Shown here: piece by piece, positions 37,780 to 50,551 of the stretch
Layout: every line of letters begins with the position of its first letter
Numbering within the stretch: position 1 is the stretch's first letter
Source of the DNA: Ascidiella aspersa
Taxonomy: Eukaryota
Direction of reading: 5' to 3'
Length of the DNA: 64,000 nucleotides
NCBI GenBank assembly: GCA_963924565.1
Contig: OZ004609.1
Coordinates: 22,382,001 to 22,446,000 of the forward strand
Translations under genes and position numbers: made by a program
The notes under the pieces: model-generated
Told to the model about the DNA's origin: nothing
The model's database searches: none
Seen by the model: the letters and a program-made list of their open reading frames with translations, nothing else

Positions 37780-40299
37780 AGAAAATCGTCAGCTGAAACG
37801 TGAAATACAAATTTCGAAACATAAGCAAATGTTACGGCCAGATCGTTTTTTTATAGACAAATGTAAATCTTATAAAAAAATTACAATACGAATAATGTAC
37901 TTTATATAAGCAAATTAATTGGTATTTATTTGTAAAATCTAACTTTTTAAATATTCACGACTTTTTATAAAATATACTAGAGTTTGCAATTTTTACTGTA
38001 CCGCTTGGGATAAACATTAACGATACAAACAATAAATAAAATTGTCCGAAGGTGTTAACAATTACTGGTCATTATTATACCAATAATAATATAGTAAGAC
38101 AACCCTAACTTATCTATAACAATAGTGCAGTCAATTTAGGTAAAAAAAGGGCGCTGGTTTACCACTTTTTTAAAGTAAGGAAAAGAGTTGTCAAAACTAA
38201 AGTTGCCAGCGATGGGAGAATAAACATAACAATAATACGACCCACCCGAACCCAAACTCGTACCCTAATCCAAATGATGGTAGCAATATAGGCTAAAACC
38301 ACAAAAAAATGTGCTAGGATTCTAGACCAGCACCGAAAAGAGGCCTATACGTAACGATTTTCAACAGAAGTTTTTGTTTAATTAGCACGGGAAAGCTGCC
38401 AGGAACTCCCCAAATAAGTCCCTGGAAAAATATCGTGACCAAGACATCTTAATATTCGTTATGGACTGAAAAATTTAAAATGCTGTTAAACGCTCGAGAT
38501 TGGTCTCATATTATAGAATTGTTTAGTGTAACATAGCCCAGTTAAGCTACGGGACCAAACCGACGATGAATCCATGAGGGGTTATTTAAAAAAAGGGCTA
38601 TATATCGTCAATTTTGCAATTAGTTACTTCGGAAGTAGGCATATGAGCTATAAAGCCCTCAAGAAAAAAAAATATTTTGGTAACCTAATAATACAATGCA
38701 CATCCTTGCACTACGTCAAAGGTTTACATTTTTCAAATTATGTATAGTAGAACACCCCGAATTGTAGTTTTATATTTCTTATTAGCCAAAGAGACCTGAA
38801 CTGTGTTTTATATAAAATCTAGAATTTGTTTGGAACCAGAAGTCAGTTAAGTGAAACGACTAAAATCTCTCTCATGAGAGCTGAACGCGTCTCGATTATC
38901 GAACATAGAATAAATAGTAACCACGGTCTCACAAGATTAGTAGGCTAGGTATCACAAAATCTGTTGTTACCGGGCGAACGTTTCTGCACGGCGTTCGAAG
39001 CCAGCGAAAAATTGTATCAAACAAACGCCTTCCGTTCGGAGTAACAAATTCGGTCGTGGTTTAGGCTAACAAAGAGGTGGTAACGCATTTTAAGCAGCAC
39101 TTGAACGTGGCGGAAATAAAAATTTGTCTTGCAAAGTCACAACTAACAAACTTATCCGCAAATTTACTTATTAGGCTTTATATATTCGCACTGTTTTGAA
39201 AATACTGAGCATAAAAATCTTAATTTCGTCAAAGCGAAAACTTTAATTAGATTTTTACGGCCACGCAAAAGCTGCGTCAAACGTCAGACAAATCCGTAAC
39301 ACGTTTAAAAAAAATTGCTTTACTGTTAAAACTGCTGCAATAAACGCGATATTCGCAAACTCTGCCTAAATTTTGCGTGGTTAAACACCTACCGCAAGAA
39401 GTTTTAAACTTGAAAGCCTTTACTTTACACGTTACACAACATGCGCTCAGTAAATTTCATAACATGTGTTTTTTTTTGCGTTTACGTGTAGCCTATGGTA
39501 AAACAGCAAAGGCACTGGTCGTCCATCGTATGTTCACCGATGATTGTGTCCAAAACGGGTTAACTTAATGTTTTCCCACAATAAGACTATCACCTTATAA
39601 GGAAAAGGGACATTAAATTCGCCTAAATCACCTTAAATACACTGGATATATGATATTAGTTTAGCGAAAAGGGTTAAAACCGGGGTGGGCCTTTTTAACA
39701 CAAGAGCCATCTCGTAGCCTACTGGTCGGCTGAGTACAATTTAATTAACAGCCTTAATTCAAAAACTAGCTGTTAAACATAACATCTCAGTCAAATAAAC
39801 TGAGAAGCAAGCATACATTAACACTGTGTCATACAAGGGAATGATAGAAACAACAAATATAAAAAAAATTCAAGTAAAATAAAACTAAATTATTGAACTA
39901 TCTGGTTTTCACCATTAAGATTAGCCTGGACAACATGTTAAAAATGTTGCTAACCGGCTGAATCCAATCTCTGCTTACAGCCACACTAAAAAGCAGCAGT
40001 CCTCTTATGACGCAAAAAAATTCAATTTTCAGACAAAAAATCTAAACAGGAAAACTATTACAATTATAAAAATTAGGAACAAACCGGGCTAGGCCTCTAC
40101 AGGTAGAGGAATAGGCCGGTGGATAAGAAGACTGAGTGACATGCTCATTTCGATCCGATAGGACCCGATTAATTTTATCCAAATTTTATTGCTATTAACA
40201 TTTTAAAACAATTAAGCGTTGATACAGATTTTTGCGATTAAGCCCCTGCGATGCTTGAAAATTAAAAAAAAAATATGTAAAAGTGTTATCCATTTGTCC

Positions 40300-41897
40300 T
40301 TATTCGCCACTCTCAACTGTCACTTTTTCTGTGTTTGCTGTTTTGCGCGCAAAAGGAAAAGCAATGTTTCGCCACTTCGAATAGGTGAGCAAAAGGCAGA
40401 AGAGATTCAAAAGTATGTTGCATTCATAAAGAACGCTCAGTGCAACCACTGGGATTGTTTGTGGAATCCATATTGCCACAAAGGCGCCAATCACATCGGT
40501 GGTGATGCCAACTGTTCCGCTCAGCAAGACCCGTTTAACACAGCTCATTAGTCGTTCTGTCGAGCGCTTTTGTTTTTTCAGATGACCTTGGTTTTCCTGA
40601 TTAGGGTTTAAGTTTCGCATTTGATGATTGTGCCGAACGATGGGGTAGACAAATAGAAACGTCAAACAAGTCTGTATCGTTATCGTCGACAAAACGAGAA
40701 AAGTGAATGGAATGTAGGACGATACCTTAAGAGTTTCGACATTCGGAGCGCAACCTTGGTTGGTGACGACGTAATCTCTCCACCACAAGTGAAGAAAAAG
40801 AGCAGAGACGCCGCTACACACCATAAACGCATAGGTGCCGCGACTTAATGGTTTCAGCTTGGAGAGCTGGACATGTTTGAGCAACTTGTTGTTGTAAAAT
40901 GAAACTTGCCGACACCAGAGAAACACGTGGCATGTATGTAGTGTGGTAGCGGTGAGCACTACCATCATCTTGCTGAGAATATCACAGGAAATGTCCGAAA
41001 CGCTACCTGCAAAGACTAGAACCTGTTCCTCGATGCAACGGAGACTGTTCAGAAAGAAAGCTGCGAAGAGCACAAGGTACATCCATTTTCCAGGATCAGT
41101 CTTCCATCTTTGAATGCTTGTGGAATTGTGCCTTCTTGTCCTTTTTGTGATCTTAAAAATAAAGAAGGATATTTTGGTTTACAAATTTAAAAAGATCAAT
41201 TTGAAAATTTAATCTCTTCTTATAACAAAAGTCAAGGCCGCGGGGTCGACCCGGGCCTTAATGGGTCGGTTAATTTAGATGAAATCTGACGTCCGCAAGC
41301 GTAGCAGCAAGTTCGGAAGTTATATGAAATCTATTTTGATTGTATTGCTTAATATTCACCCTGTTTTAGTTATGTGGGAGGTTTAATACTGCCTGTGGAG
41401 CTCTAGCGTTACTCGGGATTCAGCAAAGTCACTTTATGGACTCATATACTGGACTCAACTTAATACTGGACTCACTTATTTTTCTTATTTTTCAGACAGA
41501 CCAGAACCAGCTTAGCCGGACTCTAACTGACTCCACAGCCCCAACAAAACGTAAAGAGTATCAGCAAAATTTTCCTAAACACCTATTCAAAAGTGTAGTG
41601 CAAAACAATAATTTATTATCTATACAGAGATTAAAACAAATAACACACCTCAAAATCAGAACTAGATGATGGATGGAGATTTCCGAGACTCAGCTTTCGG
41701 CTTTTTGCCAAGTCGGTGGTTTTATACAGCACTCGACTTTTATCACTGGGCAATAGTTTTCGCCTGATAAACAGCAGTACGCAAACAAACAAGTATAGGG
41801 ACACCGATGTCGTGCCGACCGACGTGATTGCGCATATCTCCCACAGGTACGGAATGACGTCAGGACTTGACGTCACGTTTGTACTTCGATTATTCAT
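40300..41897 (-). CDS. Orphan seven-transmembrane (GPCR-like) protein; exons 41897-41649 and ~41151-40300
   Basis: N-terminal NxS/T sites, 1+6 hydrophobic segments, Cys at top of TM3 (SCD) and in ECL2 (GC), LWCRQ at the DRY position; in-frame splice ...SDFE|ITKRT... Confidence 0.75.
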
Positions 41898-44389
41898 TGC
41901 TATGTCCTAATGTGGAGCTAATAAAATAAAAAGAGTATTACAATTTTCTTAAGTTAAAAATCTTCTCCTCGATTTGTAAAGTCAAACACTGACAATCTGA
42001 CATGACATTAGAACATTTGCTCTAACCTTCTTGCAGTTCTTTTCTCAAGTTAGTTTATCGTTTGGCAATATGTTCAGAAAATTTAGGGCTAGCATAGATC
42101 GAATTAAAAATTTCTAAACGAACGGTCAAGAGAAGACCAATAGGCTATGTCACTCACCCAATGTCAATATTTTTTCCGCACTGTTTTATTTATTGTTAGT
42201 ACAGCACATGTTGTTACTACAGTATATTTCGACCGTTTAAGGAAAATAGTTTTTTGCCCAATGGTGCCGTATTTATGACTTGCTAATCCACTTTAAATAT
42301 ACCCATAATATTAAAAATTAAAGTAGCCTATATAAGGTCATATTGACATTAAAACATATACCAACTTTTACAAGATGAACGATAAAAATTACCCGTCTTC
42401 CTGAAAGTATTTCTTTATGCACTAATTATAGCGCTGCGCGTCTTTATACGACCAATATAGGTAATATTGTGCTTCCCCAACTTTCCCAACTCTATATAAG
42501 CTTACCAAATAAACCAACAAAAGAATATTTTACATATTCCTATTTGCTTATAACCTCGCTCGTAAACAGTTAGTTTCTTGGGTTGTTTGCTTAAGACAAA
42601 AATTTTTGACATAATTTTAAGACGCAACCTCTAAAAATGGTAACCCCCGAAACATAAATATTAGTTGGAACCCCCTCTTGGTAAACGTCGTACCCCTAAT
42701 ATGCTGTTGTATTACTTCCAGTGCTGCTCTTAAACAAGTTATCTATAGTCTTAACATATGCATTTAAAATATAGGTGCAATGACTGTCAATCAGATAATT
42801 ATTTCCTCAGGGTGCCTTAAGTACACAACATTAGAAAGATTGAATGTAAACTCGTCTATATATTTTTTTCGTTTTATAACGTTTTTTTCTATCAATTAAA
42901 ATATTACGCTGTGTCAAATAACATATTACGTAAACATGATTATATATAAGTAGATAAGTATCTAAGGTGCAACCTACTAGCCCTGTACGACTAACGTATA
43001 TGCAGTTACAAATTTAAATCTGTATGTAAATATGCGACGTGCAGAGCGTCGCACCAGGAAGAATAAATATAACTGGGATTTACATTTTATGCTTGCAATT
43101 ACAATAAGCCGTCAATCAATTTGCAAACTCAAGGTACCATTGAAAATTCTATGCCGCTTTTGACAAAGTCAAAATGGTGGCTAAATAACATAATAAGTTG
43201 AAATTTCAGTACCAATACACAATTTTCTCAATTTTTAGGTCAAAAATCGCCCTACATATGACCAGTCCAATCAGTTTAAACTAAGTCTGTCCTATTTCCA
43301 ACACACCAATATCTGACTCTCTTTCGAAACTGAAATTCTTTTTCATCTTTGTTTTGGCAATATATCGCAGTCTCATCTTGAATTATCTATAGCTTACCGC
43401 GTTTACACCCTAATGCGACACGCCGCTAAATTATAAACAACTAATAACGGCAACGAGTATTCATTAGAAACATAACAATCATGCCCGTTTTAGTGGGTGG
43501 ACATGTCACTCAGGATACGTGGGTTGTCAACAGAGTTACGCTATGCACCAAACCAGTGTGATTCCTTAAGTCAATTTGATCCAAAAATATCCCTTTGTTT
43601 TCTTTGCCACGGTTCTTCCAAGAAACAATACATCGTCAGCCATTAGTCACACTCCAATCAGGATATGAATAGATGTTTGAGACATTTGCTATAGATTTGG
43701 ATAAATCTTTTTTACAGAGCTGTAGAAAACAATCACGAGGTCCGTGGTGACCAATTATTGGTTTAATAGAAACAAACGCATCAACACGGGACAATGGCCT
43801 AAAACCATTTTTGCTTATTCTAGCGTTATTTCGAGGGAATCTTATATGATTTCGGATAGCATATTTATATATAGCTCGTTGCCTGGCAATCCTTTTAGCA
43901 CAACTGAATTTGCTGCGCTCTCACTGTCGATATGCCCAAAACAATAATAAACGACAAGTTTCGACGACATTTACGCAAACGACTTAAGTAAAGTTTTTTT
44001 TAAATATATATTTTTTGTAATATCGGAATAATTGCGTAACGTTCTACTTGTTTGACAATAAGCATTTTAGTATAGTGTAGTGATCAAAAAAAATTTAAAG
44101 AGAGGCGATTATAATAAATTTTTATAATAAAGGTGGTAAGAATGTAACTGAAATTTTATTTCGAAACCGTTACCCGATATCTTGTACAAAAATATATACA
44201 ATCCAATCCAATACGAAATAACGAGTTTTATAAAAAATATTGATACTTACATATCCTCAAAACTTTTTAATAATTCAGAAAGTTTTATAGAATAATATTT
44301 AATGGTCAATACGCTTCTATTCATACAACTTACAAGACAATATAGCAAAATAAAAATCGTTTTTGAAGTACACAAAATTGCATTGATAA

Positions 44390-44531
44390 GCTATTGCTGC
44401 CAGGCATAATATCAAATTTGTACAGCTCTTCTGGCAAATGTAATTTTTATTCCGACGTTTCGACGTCCTATACAGAACGTCGGAAACGGAAATAAAAATT
44501 ACATTTGCCAGAAGAGCTGTACAAATTTGAT
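44390..44531. mobile_element. Penelope-like inverted remnant (second family) with partial hammerhead
   Basis: Perfect 41-bp inverted arms 44411-44451 / 44491-44531; minus strand GACGTTCT-GTAT-AGGACGTC-GAAAC-GTC; 13-bp flanking direct repeat attgcattgataa. Confidence 0.65.
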
Positions 44532-44908
44532 TGCATTGATAAATTGAATTGTGTCTGCACCAAAAACCTAAGTTACGTTTTATACGATTTCAACAACGTA
44601 CACAAACTTTGCGTTGATTTAATAAACAGACCTATACCAGAAAACTGATATACGGTTTAAAGGAGTAACAAAAATATACGGTTCAAAGAACATAACACGC
44701 ATCGCTATGTTTTAGGTCAAGAGTAACTTAATATGACTTAAATTTATTCTTCCACAACCTTTAAAGGACAAATGTAGCATAGGCAGCATAAGACTAATAT
44801 TGCATTTACACACATATTGCATTGATAAATTAAACTGGCTGCGCCATAAAATTAAGACACATTATACCGGCGTGAAATTATTAAAACGCACATTTCGATG
44901 GCTAAAAT

Positions 44909-46615
44909 TTATCGTGTTTCCAAATGAAACTTCAAAGGCTCAAGCGGGCGAAGAATCAGGTCTCCGATCATTTTTAAGTCCTCTTCTTCTGTATCACATC
45001 GGACGCGATAGGCTCGTAACAGTTGAGACAGAATTACTTTCTCTTCCATCAGCGCAAACTTCTGGCCGATGCAGTTTCTTGGACCAGCCGAAAAGGGAAT
45101 GTAGGCGTATGGGTGGCGACCGACGCTGTTCTCTTTGGTGAAGCGATCCGGGTCGAACCGCGTTGGATTTTCCCAAACCATCGGATTTCGGTGAATATTG
45201 TAAACTTGAACCATTACCTCCGTGTTCTTTGGAATCGTGTAACCTTCCATCACGCAATCCTCAGTTGTCACTCTCGCCATCAGCGGAACCGAAGGGTAAA
45301 GGCGAAGAGCTTCCTTGATGACTTGTTCTAAGTACTTAAGTTTTTTCAGGTCTTCCATATCGGGTTGGCGGTCACCAGGCAGCACCTCGTCAATTTCTTC
45401 ATGAACGCGCCTTTGTATTTCTGGGTGTCTTCCGAGCAGGTATAGGGACCACGTCATAGCGGCAGCTGTCGTGTCGTGACCTTCAAACATGAAAGTATCA
45501 ACCTCCTCTTGGATGTCAGAGGGCGAGAGCGAATCTCCATCTTCGGTTTTGGCGTGAATCAAGACGTCCAGGAATGCCATACGCCTTGAGACATTAGCTT
45601 TATCTTTATTGGTCATTCTTTCTTTAATAACGTTGGCCGTGAAACTTTTTAGGACGTCGAGATGATGTTCATGTTCTTTACCTAGCTTTAGTTTCTTAAA
45701 AGCGAAGTCCCACCAGTAATAAGGTGTCTTCTGGCGAAGCTGTATGATTTCCGACATTCTAAACAATAACCATGTTAATTTCAAATATAAAATAAACCGT
45801 AAGTTATAGATACATAAAATGAGGGGGCAGATTCAAGCCACTTTGTTGCAGCAAAATTTTAGAAAACAATGCTTAGTGGTAATTCGTACTTTAACATAAA
45901 TTTTAACCATCCACAGAATCATGCACGTAATAGGATGTATAATACATGATATGAAGTTTTACCTGTAAATTGATTTTACGTATTCTGATTCCTCGTTTCC
46001 CTGTGCGTCCACATTTTGTCCCATGGCGGTCTGGCAGATGGTGTCAAGGGCACATAGGGTCACGGCTTTGCCAAGGTCTACGTTGGCACTTGACGCTCGC
46101 TTAATTTGCAGCCGTTTAATCATGCGCAAAGTCTGCTCGTTCATCACTGACAGAAAGTCTTGAAGAATGTTGAAGTGGAAAGTCGGGGTGATCAGTCGTC
46201 GACGTTGCTGCCACTTCTCGCCTCCGGCAGTTAAGAGTCCAGTCCCCAGCCAAGGGTGCAGAAATGTGTACAAAAAAGACTTCTGAATATGCCTTGACCC
46301 GTGAAGAATAACTTCGGCCGCATCGGGGTGTACAACACATACTACCGGTACAGAACTGATCCAACCCACCCAGAACTTGAGGCTTGAATCCGTAATGAAA
46401 CTCAACGATTCGGAGGCCATAAAGCGAAAAAACTCAGCGGTATCCCTCGGCAGCAAATACGCGTGTCCGATCAGCGGATAAGCAATCCTGGGAATTGTGG
46501 GAAGGCGCCGAATCTGTATCCGGTAGTAAATTGTTTTCGAGATTCTTTTCCAAAACTTAATGACGATGAGAGAAAGAATGGTTAAAAACGCAATTGTGGC
46601 GGCAAATGTCTCCAT
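44909..46615 (-). CDS. Cytochrome P450 family 4 (CYP4V-like) #2; exons 46615-45963 and 45758-44909
   Basis: Same CYP4 motifs (FEGHDTT, EALR, PFSAGPRNCIG) and same intron position as #1. Confidence 0.95.
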
Positions 46616-47069
46616 GGCTGCAGCTAAAGAAACAACCAAGAGTGTAAGTTAACAATGGTACATGAAGCAGTATTTAATTCAATTTAACAGTACATTTTGG
46701 CATTATTACTGATTGTTTGACTAACTTTGATTACTTCCTAAAATAATGCTGCATTACATAACGTTAACAACATGACTTTGTGCTATTCCACATATTCCGT
46801 GTTATCATAAATTGCAATAGTCCCAACTTGTAGTTTTGACACCGCGGTAATGATTAACAGAATGCATATCAATGCATTAAGTGTCACGTAACCTTGCCAC
46901 CAATAACAGAAGGAACGTCCTAACGTACGAAAACTGCGGTGCATAGCTTATTTTTTCTTTAAAACGTTATAGTCGTTATACTGTTCTTCAAACTGCAATC
47001 ACCATTGTATTGACACCTTTTTAACGCGGTAACGGAAAAAGGGCAGCTACTACAAACACTACTACTCTG

Positions 47070-47101
47070 CTAGCCTAGCCTAGCCTAGCCTAGCCTAGCC
47101 T
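47070..47101. repeat. (CTAGC)n microsatellite, about 6 units
   Basis: ctagcctagcctagcctagcctagcctagcct. Confidence 0.9.
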
Positions 47102-48132
47102 GCTTTTGTTTACTTGCCAAGATGCAAACGTCAGTTATATTCGAATTTAAGGTGATATCTAATGAATATTGCAGATACAACACTGAACATGTAGGGTGCA
47201 TTTTATGATAGCTTTTGTCTTAAGCAATGTTTTCATTGTCTGTATGTTACAGCCACAAGCCAAGGTTTTAAATCTGTTGCAAACTTCCAAACCAAATATT
47301 AGCACAACGCCATGTCTGGGCTGTCTGGCTGATCATAAGCCAAAGCGTGAAGTACTGAAGCGTAACGAAATGAAAAAGTCGCTGCAGATTACGACCAGAT
47401 AGGTTTACCTGACTGCTGTTGGCACTGGCTTTAGCATTCCGTTTATTAAAATTATATTTGGTGACCGATTAGCTACTTGCTTTATGTTGAAATGGTGTCT
47501 GCTTTAGTCGGTTTGTTTTAAGCTACATGGGTTTAAATACGCTAATGTTGTTTTGCTAGGTTAAGTAAAATTTCAGCGAAGGTCTAAATTTCTGTGGCAT
47601 TCCTAAGAAAAGGCAGTTTAACAACTTAAACTCACTTAGTGTGCCAATAGTGATATTCGTTTTGCCCACGTTTCAAAATGTTTTAGATTAAGCTTTTAAT
47701 TTTTTTTCATGTTAAACTGAAGAGCTGTTTTTTATGCCAGATACTAATCTATTGTAAAGCAGAATATAATCAGCTTGTTATAAAATATTTTCAACAATTT
47801 ACAAATTTTACTCGGGCAAGTTATTTATTTCCCTTGTAATAAGCAAAATGGTTTAGATCAAACACTTCTGTTTTAAACTGTTTAATTATTATGCTACACT
47901 TTTCTCACAGTCTGTTTCGAATCCCATGCCCTCAGCAAGTTAGGTCTACATAATGGGTTCTCAACCGGTGGGCCATGGCCCACTGGTTGGCCACAGAGCA
48001 TTTTGAGGTGGGCCACAGAGCATTTGGAAAATTGTAAAGTTGGTGAAAATTTTAGTTTTCTTCGTTTAATTCTTTAGTTCGTTTTACACTACACTCTCAA
48101 GTTTCGCTTTGACAGTTGCGTTATGTGTAGGT

Positions 48133-49501
48133 CAGGGGTCGGCAACCTCGTGTGCAGTGTGCCAGATTATGAATAATGTCAAAATGTTAACAACTCGCGT
48201 GCCCAACATTTGTTTGGTTTCGCACTGGCAATCAGGGCTGCGGAGTTGGTTAAAAACAATCCGTGTCCGACTCTGGCCGAATAAGAGATTTCATCGCGTC
48301 CCGAGTCAGACTCTGTATTCACCAATTTACGTAACTAAAATAAGGTGGATATTCCGCAATCCACTCATAGGGTCATGGAAAATATGCCACGAGCATATGC
48401 TATTCCACCTTAACAATTTACAGTTTGCTGCCTAAATCAGTTTAGAAATTTGGTACTGCGCATGTCTTACTCGAGTCCGTTCGACTCAGCAGTCCTGCTG
48501 TGATCTGACATCTAATTTACATATCTTTTTTGAAATATACTTCGATGCTTTTTAAGCCGATAGCCCGATACCTAGAAGTGTTAACTATCAGTTTCGCTTT
48601 TTGTTGGTTTCTCAGTCGCCAAAAACATACGTGCTTACTTTTAATGTAGAACAGTGATTCTCAACCATTTTTGCTTACGGACCGGTAAAATATTAAAACT
48701 ATTTTTGCAGACCGATGAACCTTCAAAAATTAAAATCAACCCAAAATGTAATTACCGGTATCACAAAAGTATACAACATAAAATCAAATAACGAAAACTT
48801 CAATGTAATGAGAAATTTGCCGCTGTCTTATTGATATCACACGTGTTATACGTGGTTCTATTGAAGTTTTTTACATACAACTGGTCTTAAAATTTAAGAC
48901 TTCAACAAGTTGTAGCTTACTTTTAAACAGTTGGGCACAAGACTTGCAGCATTGTGACGTACTATAAAATCCAAAGTAGACCATTAACTCTATGTTACGT
49001 CACAATCCTTCAAATTACGGAACTATACACATTATATAAGTTCTAAATTTGTTGGACAAGCCTTCAACATCTTGCTTTGTGCAATTGAGATATAAATTTG
49101 TACTAAATTTGGCGGACCGGCGGGAAAGTTGGCGCGAACCGGCGGTTGAGAACCACTGATGTAGAATGCCCTACTTTAAAGTAGTAAACGTTACGCCAAA
49201 TTTGGGGCATTGTAACGTAATACGAACGGTTATTGGTAAACGACAAGTATAACGCCCACAACAAATAATATTAAGTACAACACAGTTAAGACTCTTAATT
49301 GTGACACGAACTGGCAGTGTGTGCAACCATATAGTTAGCGCTAGTGTTGGTGATGTAATAGTAATGTTAATGATGTGGTAGTGATGTAATGCTTGCACTT
49401 TCTTAAGGTGATATGACGTGCGCGTTAAATCATTTGGCGTGCCATGCAAAATGATCTTGCATGCAACAAGTGGCACGCGTGCCAGGGGTTGCCGACCCCT
49501 G
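48133..49501. mobile_element. hAT MITE carrying two further MITEs (48233-48497; 48652-49158), itself inside an older element starting near 47950
   Basis: TIRs CAGGGGTCGGCAACC / GGTTGCCGACCCCTG with perfect TSD gtgtaggt; inner CAGTGATTCTCAACC / GGTTGAGAACCACTG with perfect TSD atgtagaa; CAGGGCTGCGGAGT / ACTCAGCAGTCCTG. Confidence 0.85.
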
Positions 49502-49835
49502 GTGTAGGTTATTATAAAATATTCTTCTTTTTTGATATATTTCTTCTTTTTTTGATATTAAGTTATTCTTTATTTCTAACACATTTCAGTTATGTAACCA
49601 ATTTAAGAAGAACTTTAGGAAGTGACCCACGAACAATTTTTAAAACAAAAATGGGCCACGACCAGTGTTTTTTTAAGGTGTTTTGTGGGACCGAAACGGA
49701 AATTTTGGACAACTTTTTGGTATTTAAATGAAACACTTGCGGTCTCTTAAAACTACTTAGCGGTCACCCAAACCAAACCTTAAAAAAAACCTGATTACAT
49801 GTCTGGTCAATGCTGTTATTTTTCTTACTTAAGCG

Positions 49836-50407
49836 TACCCGATCCGTCAGAAATTAGTGCAGTTCTAAGCAAAAAGGTCTACGGCAATTAGGGCTTCCAA
49901 AGGAACAAAAGTCCGACTTTCACACTTTGAGGTCTTGGACAATGCACTAATTTGACTTATGTGCATAAGAAGACTAAGTTTAATAATACTTGACCCACCC
50001 AAACGCTAACCAGCACTCTAACCCAAATGTGCGTTGATTTAATAATTACATAGACGCTTTAGGTCCTAATACCTGAATTCGTGACGTAACAATCCGAGAA
50101 ACTATCTTTATGTTTAAGCTTTTTTCCCAGCGTTTAAATAATTAATAAATTAACGCACATTATTTGCGTTAGGATTCGGGTTAGCGGTGGGTCAATTGTA
50201 ATTAATTCTATATCACACTTTTTGTTATCTTTTGTGAATTTTCAGCGAATATTTTCAATTTATCTACGCCGGGTGTTTACCTAAAGGTCCAAATTAGTGC
50301 ATTGCCACGACTTCAAGATCTAAAAGTCGGACTTTTCTGCCCTTGGATGTCGTAATTGTAGTAGACCTTTTTGCTTATAAATGCACTAATTTCTAACGGA
50401 TGGGGTG
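49836..50407. mobile_element. Foldback-type element with ~120-bp imperfect TIRs and inner inverted repeats
   Basis: CCCGATCCGTCAGAAATTAGTGCA...AAAAAGGTCTAC...AAAAGTCCGACTTT mirrored at 50290-50406. Confidence 0.75.
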
Positions 50408-50551
50408 TTTAGCGACAACGTTTATCTGCAACCCGAAGAGCATCATTTATCTCAACCCAATAAAACATTTTAATTTGGCACAAAACTAAACTTTAACATC
50501 ACATTACAGTATGCTTTCTGTGTTTACTATAGGAATAACAGTAGCGTGAAA

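Noticed and set aside
41234-41259. GC-rich palindrome AAGGCCGCGGGGTCGACCCGGGCCTT in the 7TM intron
   Set aside because: Isolated short hairpin without termini or TSD; probably a TE fragment
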